Source of the DNA: Sedimentisphaerales bacterium
GTDB lineage: Bacteria; Planctomycetota; Phycisphaerae; Sedimentisphaerales; SM23-30
Length of the DNA: 64,000 nt
Direction of reading: 5' to 3'
NCBI GenBank assembly: GCA_963663965.2
Contig: CAXXFK010000031.1
Location: forward strand, 64,001-128,000
Both the position numbers and the translations under genes were made by a program. Shown here in pieces: positions 33,360-44,300 of this stretch. Each line of letters opens with the position of its first letter. Position 1 is the first letter of the stretch. The notes beneath the pieces were generated by a model. That model made no database searches. It saw only the letters and a program-made list of their open reading frames with translations, and had not been told where the DNA came from.

Positions 33360-33749
33360 ATGTCAATGTCTCGTGAAGAAATTTTCAATATTGTCAAAGA
33401 AAATCTGATTGACGCCTTGGGTGTCGATGATGATGAAGTAACCGGTGAAGCAACGATTATGGGCGATCTTGGGGCAGAAAGTATTGATTTTCTCGATATT
33501 ATTTTCCGTCTGGAAAAGGCTTTCGATATTAAGGTGCCGCGTGAAGAGTTATATCCGGACAATCTGCTCAATAATGAAACGTTAGTCAAAGATGGTAAAG
33601 TCACCGAAGCTGGCCTGGCTGAATTGAAAAGCAAGATGCCTCATGTTGATTTCGCCGATTTCGAATCGGATCCTGATATTAACAAAATCAGTGATCTGTT
33701 TACTGTGAATTCGATTGTATCTTTTGTTGAGAATAAACTGAAAGGTTAA
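33360..33749 (+). CDS. Atypical extended acyl carrier protein
   Basis: DLGAESIDFLDI Ppant motif, 129 aa with an insertion of about 45 aa, GGAGG RBS. Confidence 0.9.
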   Translation: MSMSREEIFNIVKENLIDALGVDDDEVTGEATIMGDLGAESIDFLDIIFRLEKAFDIKVPREELYPDNLLNNETLVKDGKVTEAGLAELKSKMPHVDFADFESDPDINKISDLFTVNSIVSFVENKLKG

Positions 33750-33844
33750 GCTGGTCCCAATCCACGTCAGGACATGAGAAATGCCTCAATTTGAGTGTAA
33801 AACACCATGTTCTATGGGTGTTGGCGGCATTGGAACTAAAATAA

Positions 33845-34336
33845 ATGCGTTGGTTCTGGATTGATAAATTTATTGAGTTTGAATCGGGCAAGCGAGCTGT
33901 ATCTGTCAAGAATGTGACTTTGGCAGAGGAACATCTCCATGATCATTTCCCCGGATATCCGGTCATGCCCCAATCCCTGATGATCGAAGCTATGGCCCAA
34001 ACGGGTGGAATTCTGGTAGGTGAGCATCGGAATTTCAAGGAAAAAGTCATACTTGCCAAAGTAAGCAAAGCAATTTTTCATGACCTGGCGCGTCCAGGAG
34101 ATCAATTATTTCTAGAAGCAGTCGCCGATAATGTCACGCAGGAAGCCGCAAATATCAACGGCACAATTCGGTGCGGCGATAAAATAATCGCAGAAATCAG
34201 CATGTTATTCAGCCATATCGACCAGAACATGGCCGGTTTGGAATTTCCTGAGGAGAATTTTGTCTTTAACGAACAATTCATGAATCAGTTAAAATTTTAT
34301 ATCCCCTCAGAAATTGCCAAGATCCAACCAGCCTGA
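33845..34336 (+). CDS. FabZ/FabA-like dehydratase (second paralog)
   Basis: KNVTLAEEHLHDHFPGYPVMPQSLMIEAMAQTG. Confidence 0.88.
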   Translation: MRWFWIDKFIEFESGKRAVSVKNVTLAEEHLHDHFPGYPVMPQSLMIEAMAQTGGILVGEHRNFKEKVILAKVSKAIFHDLARPGDQLFLEAVADNVTQEAANINGTIRCGDKIIAEISMLFSHIDQNMAGLEFPEENFVFNEQFMNQLKFYIPSEIAKIQPA

Positions 34337-34481
34337 AGCCAACTAAACCGGATTAATTCTCTGATGAAATCGACATTCTTGACCGACCGGCCATTTTAAA
34401 TATACCATGAATTTCAGACAATCTTTTCAGCATTGTCTACTTTTGCCAATGAAGTAATTAGCATTCAGGAAAGATGTTATT

Positions 34482-35804
34482 ATGACGAATCGTCGTGTAG
34501 TCATTACGGGCATTGGTGTTGTCAATGCACTTGGACTCAACAGCCAGGACTATATTGAAAATTTGAAAAACGGGGTGTCGGGTGTCACTCGCATAAAATC
34601 ATTCGATCCATCCGGTTTTACCTGCCAGGTTGCCGCAGAAGCGCCTGAGTTTTCCATAAATAAAATCGTTCCCAAGGCACAGCGGAAATCGTCAAAATTG
34701 ATGAACAAAGACATTCAACTGGCAGTGGCCGCCGCGGATGATGCGATGCGAAATGCCGGTTTGAATACTCGCGCCAATAATCCAGATGGTCCTGTCGATA
34801 TTGAACCAACTCGTAGCGGCGTTAATCTCGGGGCCGGTACAATCTGTTGTGACATGACGGAGTTTGGCACAGCCACACATCAGGCGGTTGACGATAACGG
34901 CCAGTTCAGTTTGGCTGAATGGGGTACTAATGGAATGACCAATCTGACCCCATTATGGATGCTGAAATATCTGCCCAACATGCTGAGTTGTCATATCAGC
35001 ATCATTTATGACTTACAGGGTCCCAGCAATTCAATCACTACCGCTGAAGTATCCGGCATGCTTAGCGTAGGAGAAGCCTACTTACATATCGCGCATAATC
35101 GAGCCGATTTGATGGTCGCCGGCGGAGGAGAGGCAAAGGTTATAGCCATGGGATTGATTCGTTACAGTCTCATGCAACGGGTCGCAACGCGATATAACGA
35201 TAAGCCGAGTCAGGCATGCCGCCCCTTCGATTCGGACGCCAATGGTTCGGTATTAGGTGATGGCGCCGGCATTCTGGTTATGGAAGATATGGAATTGGCC
35301 ATGAAGCGCCAGGCTCCAGTGTTGGCTGAAGTCGCTGGTTTCGGGGCCTCTCAGAATTTTTATCATCAGTTTATTGAAAATGAACCGGATTTTGCCGGTA
35401 CTGTATGTGCCATCCGAAAAGCCATGGAAGCCGCAGGGATCACACCACAAGACATTGACCTGGTTATTCCACAGGGAATTGGAGCACCTGCTTATGATCG
35501 AGCCGAAGCCCTGGCTCTTCGTGAAGTATTTGGCTCATTTCTTAACAAGCCGGATATTCTGACGACTAAATGGGCCATTGGTGTTTGCGGCGCTGCCAGC
35601 AGCGCGATCGATCTGGCAACCGCCGCTATGGCTATTCAAAACGGTATTGTTCCCGGCAATGTAAATACACCCGATCCAGTTGCTGAGTACGGACTCAATA
35701 TCCCACTGAAAACTCATACCCGCAATATTCGTTATGCGTTGGTATTATCGCAGACTTATGGTGGTCAAACGGCAGCGATGGTTTTAAAGAAATATTCAGA
35801 TTAA
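34482..35804 (+). CDS. Ketosynthase homolog lacking the catalytic triad (chain-length-factor-like)
   Basis: FabF fold (RRVVITGIG, RPFD). TAEVSG replaces TACASG (Cys>Glu), PQGIG replaces AHGTG, and KWAIGV replaces KSMIGH. Confidence 0.85.
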   Translation: MTNRRVVITGIGVVNALGLNSQDYIENLKNGVSGVTRIKSFDPSGFTCQVAAEAPEFSINKIVPKAQRKSSKLMNKDIQLAVAAADDAMRNAGLNTRANNPDGPVDIEPTRSGVNLGAGTICCDMTEFGTATHQAVDDNGQFSLAEWGTNGMTNLTPLWMLKYLPNMLSCHISIIYDLQGPSNSITTAEVSGMLSVGEAYLHIAHNRADLMVAGGGEAKVIAMGLIRYSLMQRVATRYNDKPSQACRPFDSDANGSVLGDGAGILVMEDMELAMKRQAPVLAEVAGFGASQNFYHQFIENEPDFAGTVCAIRKAMEAAGITPQDIDLVIPQGIGAPAYDRAEALALREVFGSFLNKPDILTTKWAIGVCGAASSAIDLATAAMAIQNGIVPGNVNTPDPVAEYGLNIPLKTHTRNIRYALVLSQTYGGQTAAMVLKKYSD

Positions 35805-35827
35805 TTTTAAAATTCAGGACAAAGCTC

Positions 35828-37153
35828 ATGATGCGACGCGTAGTCATAACAGGAATTGGATGTGTGACGCCCCTGGGAAACGATATAGACACCATGTGGC
35901 GTAATGTATTGGATGGTGACTGTGCCATCGCTCCCACAACGTTATTTGACGCCCGGACTTTCCCAACTCAGTTCGCCTCTGAAGTTAGACAGTTTAACCA
36001 CATGGATTATGTGCCTGAGGCGTTCCGTAAGGGACATGAAGTCGTTAGCCGGAATTCCGGCTTTATGATTGGCGCGGCCATGCAGGCCTGGAAAATGGCA
36101 GGCTTACCGTTTCCTTATTCCACTGAGAATGAACTGCCTGAAGCCGGACGTATCGGTGTTTACCTGGGCGCGGGCGAAGGGCCGGCTGATTTTGAGCCTT
36201 TTGTCGCTGCGATTACCCAAAGCTGGGACAAGGAAAAACAGGATATCAACTGGCAACATTGGTGTGAATTGGCATTTTCAAAAATGGATTTACAGCGTGA
36301 AATGGAGCAGGAAACCAATATGCCGGTTTCACATATCGCGCGATTGTTCCAATTAAGAGGTCCAAGTATCGGGTGCCTGACCGCATGCGCCGCCAGCACA
36401 CAAGCCATTGGCGAAGCTACTGAACTGATCCGTAACGGCCAGGTGGATATGATGTTAACTGGAGGCGCTCATTCAATGATTAATCCTCTGGGAGTCACCG
36501 GTTTCAACCGGCTGACGGCCCTGTCCACTCGCAACGATGACCCAAAAACCTCATCACGTCCTTTCGATCGGACACGAGATGGGTTTGTTCTGGCTGAAGG
36601 CGCCGGCGCGCTGGTCATTGAAGAACACGAGTGTGCTATCCGACGAGGCGCCAATATCTTATGTGAGATTATCGGCTATGGCAGTACCGCCGATGCGTTT
36701 CGGGTGACGGACCAACACGAAGATGGTCGAGGCGGTATTGCCGCCGTTCAAATGGCTTTGAAAGATGCCGGCGTGACAATTAATGATATTGATTATATCA
36801 GCGCGCATGGAACCGGTACGGCCGAAAACGATTCCATCGAAACCAAAGTGATTCGATCGGTTTTTGGGGAAAGGGCGTATCAGATCCCCGTGAGCAGCGT
36901 AAAAAGCAGCCTGGGCCACCTGATTGCCGCCGCCGGGGTTACGGAATTAATCACCTGCATCCTGGCCATCCGTGATCAAATCATCCCCCCTACCATCAAT
37001 TTGAACACTCCCGATCCAGATTGCGATCTCGATTATGTCCCCAATGTGTCCCGCAAGGCAATGGTGCATACCGCCCTGTCAAACTCCTTTGGATTTGGGG
37101 GCCAGAATAATACCTTGATTATTCGCAAATATGAAGACATTTCTGCCTCATAA
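35828..37153 (+). CDS. fabF: Beta-ketoacyl-ACP synthase (FabF-like, intact Cys-His-His)
   Basis: TACAAS, SAHGTGT, KSSLGHL and NSFGFGGQN. Confidence 0.9.
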   Translation: MMRRVVITGIGCVTPLGNDIDTMWRNVLDGDCAIAPTTLFDARTFPTQFASEVRQFNHMDYVPEAFRKGHEVVSRNSGFMIGAAMQAWKMAGLPFPYSTENELPEAGRIGVYLGAGEGPADFEPFVAAITQSWDKEKQDINWQHWCELAFSKMDLQREMEQETNMPVSHIARLFQLRGPSIGCLTACAASTQAIGEATELIRNGQVDMMLTGGAHSMINPLGVTGFNRLTALSTRNDDPKTSSRPFDRTRDGFVLAEGAGALVIEEHECAIRRGANILCEIIGYGSTADAFRVTDQHEDGRGGIAAVQMALKDAGVTINDIDYISAHGTGTAENDSIETKVIRSVFGERAYQIPVSSVKSSLGHLIAAAGVTELITCILAIRDQIIPPTINLNTPDPDCDLDYVPNVSRKAMVHTALSNSFGFGGQNNTLIIRKYEDISAS

Positions 37154-38504
37154 AGGGATCCCCCCCGGATTCTTGACCATCCTGGTTATCAGTCTGGTTA
37201 TACGAATTGCATTACCATTTCTTGGGGGTTTTGAAAGAAACTTTTATAAAAGCCCGGATACGGATGATTACCTGATATCAGCCCGTACTTTGTTGCAGAG
37301 CGGGTGTTTTAATAATATGGATGGTCCAGAGATTAAGCGAACCCCGGGGTACCCATGCTTTTTGATGGCAGGCATGGTTACTCCAAAACCAGTTGCGATT
37401 GTGATTGTACTTCAGGTCTTGATCGATATCTTTTCTGTAATTTTAATTTACCAAGTTGCTTTCTTTCTTTCCGGCAACCTGCGTCTGTCATTGTTCATTA
37501 TGGCGCTGGCCGCCTTCGATCCATTGCATATTATCTATTGCTACAAGTTGTTATCCGAAACATTATTTTCATGTTTATTTCTGCTATTCCTGATATTTGC
37601 GGTACGCTGGTTAAGAAAGCCAGCCATTGACGCCGCTATTCTTTCAACGACCTTTTTGACATTAGCAACTTTTGTACGTCCCGTAACTTTTTATCTGAAT
37701 ATTCTATTCCCCTTTATGATCCTGATCATTTCCCTGATAAAAAAACTCCCCCTGAAAACGAGTGCTCTTTCATTGCTTCTGACTGTACTTTTTGTTTGTC
37801 CATTATTTGTCTGGCAATACCGGAATCATGCTGTGGCTAATTATCATGGTTTTTCTGCCATCCAGGATATCAATCTGTATTTCTACAACGCCGCAGCCGT
37901 GCAGGCCAAACTGGAAAATAAGCCTTTTTATCAGAAACAGCATGAACTGGGTTTTAATAATCCTATCCAGTTCAAAGCCTCTCATCCCGATTACCCTGAA
38001 CTCAATGATGCAAAAGTATATTCCTATTTAAAAAAAGATGCGGTCCGAGTCATTTTAAGTCATCCAGTTCTATACGCACAGATTCATTTAAAAGGAATTT
38101 TTCGAATATTGATTGATCCCGATATGGTTGAGTGGTTTCGGATGACCGGGCAATATCCGGAATCGGGAGGCTTGCTGGGAGAAGTGGCTGATTCGGGTTT
38201 AATAGCAACAATATGTAGACTGATGGAAGAACGTCCTGTCTTTTTCTTTATTAATCTTGGAGCAGGATTGCTTTTGGCATGTCTCTACATACTGGTTGTC
38301 ATAAGTCTTATCCGACAATCCGGTCACCCGGTTTTATGGTTCCTGTTTTCGATATTGTTGTATCTGCTACTGGTATCAGGGGGACCGGCAGCCCTGGGAC
38401 GATTTCGCCATCCCATCATGCCACTTTTCTATCTTATTATTGCCATTGGATTCATTGATCGAAAAAAAAGAATCGCATCACAGGGCCATGAAACTGTCTT
38501 GTAA
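37131..38504 (+). CDS. GT-C (ArnT/PMT/GT39-like) integral membrane glycosyltransferase
   Basis: Multi-TM protein with PDT..Y..SA, RTPGYP.FL, LLSETLF, RP and RF.HP motifs. It overlaps the fabF stop by 23 nt. Confidence 0.75.
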   Translation: MKTFLPHKGIPPGFLTILVISLVIRIALPFLGGFERNFYKSPDTDDYLISARTLLQSGCFNNMDGPEIKRTPGYPCFLMAGMVTPKPVAIVIVLQVLIDIFSVILIYQVAFFLSGNLRLSLFIMALAAFDPLHIIYCYKLLSETLFSCLFLLFLIFAVRWLRKPAIDAAILSTTFLTLATFVRPVTFYLNILFPFMILIISLIKKLPLKTSALSLLLTVLFVCPLFVWQYRNHAVANYHGFSAIQDINLYFYNAAAVQAKLENKPFYQKQHELGFNNPIQFKASHPDYPELNDAKVYSYLKKDAVRVILSHPVLYAQIHLKGIFRILIDPDMVEWFRMTGQYPESGGLLGEVADSGLIATICRLMEERPVFFFINLGAGLLLACLYILVVISLIRQSGHPVLWFLFSILLYLLLVSGGPAALGRFRHPIMPLFYLIIAIGFIDRKKRIASQGHETVL

Positions 38505-38507
38505 TTA

Positions 38508-38867
38508 TCAACCTACTCCACGGGTATATATCAAAACCCAGTTATCATCTCTCTGTTCAAGGCGTACTATTCCATCCAATACCTGCCCATCCAACCGAAC
38601 GGTCAACCTGTCCGCCCCCGATTCAATCAAGATGTACTCCCCCGCATCCACCTGCCGAACCTCTCCACGATTTCTGCTTACCGGTCCTTCATATCCCAGG
38701 TAAGTTATTCGATGATCCACTAAACGGCAACAAGTTAGAATGCCGTTCCAAGTCTCCACAGGTTCTTTGACCTGCCAGGTCCACAAAACGCTATCCGCCT
38801 CTAACATGAAATCCCAATGGACACGCCCATCATCAAGACGATGTTCTAATACGACATACCTTGACAT
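38508..38867 (-). CDS. Stand-alone LigD 3'-phosphoesterase-like (DNA polymerase ligase N-terminal) domain protein
   Basis: YVVLEH...HWDFMLE...TW...DHRITYLGYEG...RGEV...D.G.Y; TAATG overlap with uvrB. Confidence 0.75.
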   Translation of the reverse strand: MSRYVVLEHRLDDGRVHWDFMLEADSVLWTWQVKEPVETWNGILTCCRLVDHRITYLGYEGPVSRNRGEVRQVDAGEYILIESGADRLTVRLDGQVLDGIVRLEQRDDNWVLIYTRGVG

Positions 38868-40879
38868 TATTTTTTTCGCTTCTTCCTGATCTTGCCCATG
38901 ACCAGATTCGAATTCGGCAGATCCCGCAATTCCCGTATCCGGTCCCGCAACTCTGCGGCCCGTTCAAATTCCATTGCCTCGGCCGCCTCATACATCTCTT
39001 TCTCAAGGATGCCAATCAACTCCTCGCGATCATATTCCATCTCATCTTGTGTCAAGGCATCCTGCGCGATGCGGCGTGCCTTCAGTTCATGATCGAATGT
39101 GTTTCGTATCGCTTTACGTATTGTTTCGGGAGTTATTCCATGTTCCTGATTATACGCCATCTGCAATTTTCGCCGTCTGGCAGTTTCATCCATTGCCCGT
39201 TGGATGGAAGGGGTTATCTTGTCCGCGTACAGGATCACCTTGGCGTTTACATTCCGCGCTGTCCGTCCTATCGTTTGTATTAACGATGTCTCACTCCTTA
39301 AAAACCCTTCCTTATCCGCGTCGAGAATTGCCACCAGGGAAACTTCCGGTAAATCCAGGCCCTCCCGCAATAAATTCACTCCAACCACTACATCAAATTC
39401 GCCTGCCCGCAATTGACGCAAGATCTCCACCCGTTCCAAAGTATCGATCTCACTATGCAAATAACTGCATCGAATCCCTTTCCCCTTGATAAATTTACTC
39501 AAATCCTCCGCCAGCCGTTTGGTCAATACCGTAACCAGTGTTCGTTCGCCGATTTCAACTCGCTTGTTGATCTCTTCCAGTAAATGGGGTACCTGTCCGG
39601 ATGCCGCTTCGATAAATATTTCCGGATCCAGTAATCCGGTTGGTCGGATCACCTGTTCCACTACCTGGCCTTCACATAATTCCAATTCATAGGGTCCCGG
39701 CGTTGCCGAGACAAATATGACCTGATTCCACTTCTCAAAAAACTCCTCAAAGCGAAGCGGCCGGTTATCCAATGCGCTGGGCAATCGAAATCCGTGATCC
39801 ACCAGAACCGTCTTACGACTGCGATCACCCGCGTACATGGCCCGTAACTGGGGTATGGTCACATGAGATTCATCGATCAGCAACAGGAAATCTTTGGGAA
39901 AATAATCGATCAAGGTATAGGGTGTCGCCCCTGGCGGCAGTCCTGCCAGATGCCGGGCATAATTCTCAATTCCCGAGCAGTAACCCACCTCTTTGATCAA
40001 TTCCATATCGTATCGTGTCCGCGCGCTCAACCGCTGAGCCTCCAGCAATTTGCCATCTCCCCTCAACTGCAATAGTCGTCGTTCCAGTTCCTCACCAATC
40101 CCAGTCAAAGCCCCTTCAATGCGGTCTTCCGGCATGACATAATGCTGAGCCGGATAGACGAAAAATTGCCGATCTTCTACCAGAATCTCTCCGCTGATCG
40201 GATTAATTAGTGACAATCGCTCGATCTCATCCCCGAACATCTCAATCCGTACGGCAAATTCATCATATGCCGGCCAGATCTCCACCACATCGCCCCGTAC
40301 CCGGAATCGCCCTCGCTCGAAAGCAAAGTCATTGCGTTCATAACGGATCTCGGTCAGGCCCTCTAAAATCTGGTCCCGATCCACCAGCATCCCTACCCGT
40401 AACGGTACCATGGCTTTCTGGTATTCCTCCGGTGAACCCAACCCGAAAATACAGGAAACTGACGCAACCACCACCACATCCTGCCGCGACATCAGCGATG
40501 TCGTCGTACTCAAGCGTAATCGATCCAGATCATCATTCCGCGAGGCATCCTTTTCAATATAAATATCACGCTGAGGAATATAAGCTTCCGGCTGATAATA
40601 GTCGTAATAGCTGACAAAATACTCTACTGCGTTTTCTGGGAATAGCTCCTTGAACTCTTCATAAAGTTGAGCCGCCAGAGTTTTGTTATGACTGATCACC
40701 AGCGTCGGTTTCTGCAATCTTTGCATTACATGGGCCATCGTAAATGTCTTACCTGACCCTGTCACCCCCATCAGAGCCTGAAACCGCTGCCCCTTTTGAG
40801 CCTCTTGTACAAGTGCATCAATAGCCTGCGGTTGGTCGCCAGCAGGTTCAAACTGACTGATTACTTTCAATTCGGACAC
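38867..40879 (-). CDS. uvrB: Excinuclease ABC subunit B
   Basis: [34 protein letters not shown] and C-terminal FERAAELRD. Confidence 0.99.
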   Translation of the reverse strand: MSELKVISQFEPAGDQPQAIDALVQEAQKGQRFQALMGVTGSGKTFTMAHVMQRLQKPTLVISHNKTLAAQLYEEFKELFPENAVEYFVSYYDYYQPEAYIPQRDIYIEKDASRNDDLDRLRLSTTTSLMSRQDVVVVASVSCIFGLGSPEEYQKAMVPLRVGMLVDRDQILEGLTEIRYERNDFAFERGRFRVRGDVVEIWPAYDEFAVRIEMFGDEIERLSLINPISGEILVEDRQFFVYPAQHYVMPEDRIEGALTGIGEELERRLLQLRGDGKLLEAQRLSARTRYDMELIKEVGYCSGIENYARHLAGLPPGATPYTLIDYFPKDFLLLIDESHVTIPQLRAMYAGDRSRKTVLVDHGFRLPSALDNRPLRFEEFFEKWNQVIFVSATPGPYELELCEGQVVEQVIRPTGLLDPEIFIEAASGQVPHLLEEINKRVEIGERTLVTVLTKRLAEDLSKFIKGKGIRCSYLHSEIDTLERVEILRQLRAGEFDVVVGVNLLREGLDLPEVSLVAILDADKEGFLRSETSLIQTIGRTARNVNAKVILYADKITPSIQRAMDETARRRKLQMAYNQEHGITPETIRKAIRNTFDHELKARRIAQDALTQDEMEYDREELIGILEKEMYEAAEAMEFERAAELRDRIRELRDLPNSNLVMGKIRKKRKK

Positions 40880-40990
40880 AACTATCTCCTTAACTCAAAC
40901 TTATTTAAACACTTAGATCATAGCACCTCAATTCTGGATAATCAACTCTTGTTTAACGCACCTTTTTAACCCCCCTTAAATGGTTTTCTG

Positions 40991-41019
40991 TTGACATCCA
41001 ATTTTTCATAAACTATCAT
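40991..41019 (+). promoter_or_regulatory. Sigma70 promoter of tRNA-Arg
   Basis: TTGACA-17 nt-TATCAT about 45 nt upstream of the tRNA. Confidence 0.7.
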
Positions 41020-41065
41020 TATATATAGATTAGCATATCGTCTAATCACCCGATAACCAACTTAA

Positions 41066-41138
41066 GCGCTCGTAGCTCAATGGATAGAGTCGCGGACTTC
41101 GAATCCGAAGGTTGGAGGTTCGAGTCCTCCCGGGCGCA
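41066..41138 (+). tRNA. tRNA-Arg(TCG)
   Basis: GCGCTCGTAGCTCAATGGATAGAG...CGGACTTCGAATCCG...GGTTCGAGTCC.CCCGGGCGCA cloverleaf with anticodon loop CTTCGAA. Confidence 0.93.
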
Positions 41139-41387
41139 TTGATATGAAAGCAACTTTTATATTGGTCAGGTTAATTATGTCAATTTCGGTCAGTGGCATA
41201 TCCGAGTATACCCAGTTAAAGCCAATGATCATTCGTTAAAAGAAGTGAATTCCTATATTCCCGATCTTTAGCTGTTTTAAATGGTATATCGTCAGATTTA
41301 GTAGTAAACTATCGGGTTGAATCACCGGACTCATAAGACTATTTAGGTTGTTGATTCTCTGTGACTATTAATTGGGAGAATGTAAAA

Positions 41388-44300
41388 ATGTCAAAATTGT
41401 CATCACTTCTTTTTTGTCTGATATGCACTCTTAGTTCGTATATTTTTGCTGATAGTGAACTTGTGACCCCCACTATGGCCAACTCCTATCCTGTTCGGGA
41501 ATCCTTGGCCCAATTTTATGGCGCCATACCCATATCCTTTACGCAATTGACCGAAGACATAAATAATGATATCGATATACTTGTGTGGGCATGTCATAGC
41601 AGACAATTGCCCCCGGAGTCAAACAATCCCAAAGTTATTGCCTGTCTACGCCAATTTATTGAAAAAGGCGGCCACTTGTTTCTGGTTAGCTTTGCTCAAT
41701 CCTATGTCGTCGATTTGGGCTTGGAGACAGTCGCGCCGGATCGAATGGACTTTTTTCGATATGGTTACAATGATAGCAGTCAATTTGGGGGGTATTTTAC
41801 CATAGGTATCAAGGGCGACGCAAGCCATCCTCTTTTTCAACATCTGGCTTGCTCCGAAATTGATGAAAACGCTTTTCTTATCAGCGGAAGTTCTCATATC
41901 AACCTGGAGAATTGCTTCTGGACCAGGAACCCTCTTCAGCAGGGCCAATCATTGGGGAATTACTTTCGCATAAACGAGAAAGGTCAGGTACTGGATCAGA
42001 AACAGGTCCAGGTGCTTAATTTGTGGACACTGGGGCAGGGCAAGGTGCTGGGTTACGGCAACAACGTACTATTGGAAGATTTCTGGTTCAGCCGCGATCA
42101 GGAGAATTTAAAAACGTTTCTGGGTAATGTGGCATGCTTTCTCAGTGACAAAAAGAATCCTCGAATTGGCGCATTGCCTGAGACCCCCTCCCGTTTGCAT
42201 GCCGACACCTATATGTCCCCCCCAGCATTTCCTGAAGTTCAGCCACATACCCTTCATCGGAAACTGCCAGGGCTTCCGTATATCGGCCATTGGGGTTGGC
42301 ATGCCCAGATCCAGTATCAGCGTGCCGACCGCCAGTGTGTGGATCTAACGTATTTTAAAGAAAAGATGATTGATGAACCTTTTCGCTGGGGCGCTAATCT
42401 GTTAGAGTTTTATGCTCCTGGAATGGGTCGTAATGAAGGTTATCCATTTATCTGGGAAGATGATGATCCGATGACCAAACCTGGAGAGGGATTGTCATAT
42501 TGGGGAGGTCAATGGATTCCCGGTTGGAACAATGATACCGTAAGAGAGCTTTTTAAGACAGCCCATGCCAGAGATATGCTGGTGCAACTATTTTATCATC
42601 CCAATCCTGTACGTATTCCTGGAGGGACAGAAAGCGCCCGGGAGACTGAAGCGTATCAGAAATTCTGCCGTTTTCAGGCGAGAGAATTTCAGAATCCGCT
42701 TTTATACGGCTGGCAAGCCTCACATGATGGTGTCGGATCGGAATGGTGGGGAGATGGTCAGCATGGCGAATACATAAGCCAGCTATGGCTTTATAATCCG
42801 GGTTCCTATCGATACAGTACTGCCCTCCTGCCCGGAAGCGGGCCCTATTTCCATGGCACCTGGATGTGTGCGTTCGGTCGTACCGGTAATATAAACGCAT
42901 GCGGCTTTGGCGACCAGTGGCGTTATGTTTTTCATCCTCCGCTTTACCTTTCCTACCAGGCTGACTGTCGAAGCATGAAACCCAGTACCGGCCAATGGGG
43001 TGGTTGGGCCAATTTTGGCGGTGGTTCCACTCCGGATTGGATTTTGCGTCAGATGTATGATTTTGCCCGTGATCGTCTTTATCTCGACAGCGGTATCTGG
43101 TGGCTGGGAGAGCCCGCAGCAACCATGAAGGAAAGTGACCGGCAATATGTTTATGGCTGTTCTGCGGATCCCTTGCGTTGCGCCGTTACAACAACGTTGC
43201 GCGCCACAGGCGCGGATGGCTACCGTGCAAAAGCTTACCAGACCGTTTCCAATCTGCCCCAACAATATCTATGTGATGAGCCTTTTCCGCAAGACACTGC
43301 TTTGATACAGAATAACTATTTCCGCCTGCTACGTATGGCTGGAGAAGATAAAGGCATCCTGCAATATGATCCCACTCGATTAGCCAACTTTCAAAAAACA
43401 GGTCGTCCAATACCAGCAGAAATTCTATCGGACAATTTTTTTACGGCTATGCCTGTGGACATTGCCATACCCAATAAGAATCCTGATCGTATTGCATTTA
43501 AAATCGGAGAGGTTGACGGTAGTTGCAACGAATTCAGGGTGGCAGGCGGCTATCACCGGCAATACGAATGTTCTGCCGATACCGATCAGTTTCCCGCTCA
43601 AATCCGTTATGAAAGTGAACCTGACTGGCCCCACGAAATCCAGATAAACTTTACCGCGGACATTGGTCGCTATGATCTGCAAATCTACACGCTACCCAAT
43701 GACTACACCAGTACAATGGAAGTTGAAATTGATGGACGTCCAGCCGGTGTCTATTTCCCCGGCCATGGCGATACCGGCAAACACATACTGCCGGTCAGTC
43801 TGGATTCAGCACGGCAGCATCAACTGCTTTTCCGGGTACAGAAGGCCAATACCAGCAAACAGCGAAGCGACGGGCAAGCTGGTCTGGCTCATGCTTTTGA
43901 TGCGGTGATATTGTCTCGAACCGGACAAGAGAGTGTAATCCATCATTTCAATCAACCCATTGGTCATCAGGCAGTACTTGAAGAGGTGGTTTATAAGGAT
44001 CCAACGGGAGCAATTCGTCAGAGCCGTACTTATACTGTTGACAGTGATAGTCCAGTACTCAAGATGGCCATTACTAATCATTCACTAGAACCCACCAGAT
44101 GGTTGACACGGATGAGGCTGCCAGATCATGACCGGTTAATACCCTTCCCGGGTCAAACGGCCGCCCTATGGAAACTACAGCCACGTCAACCATCCATTCC
44201 CCCACTGTTACTGATTGATTACTCAAAGCATCCCCTGTCTATTATCAAAGAGGGTGATGATGTTCTGATTGCCAGCGAAAAAGCCATTGAATCAACCATG

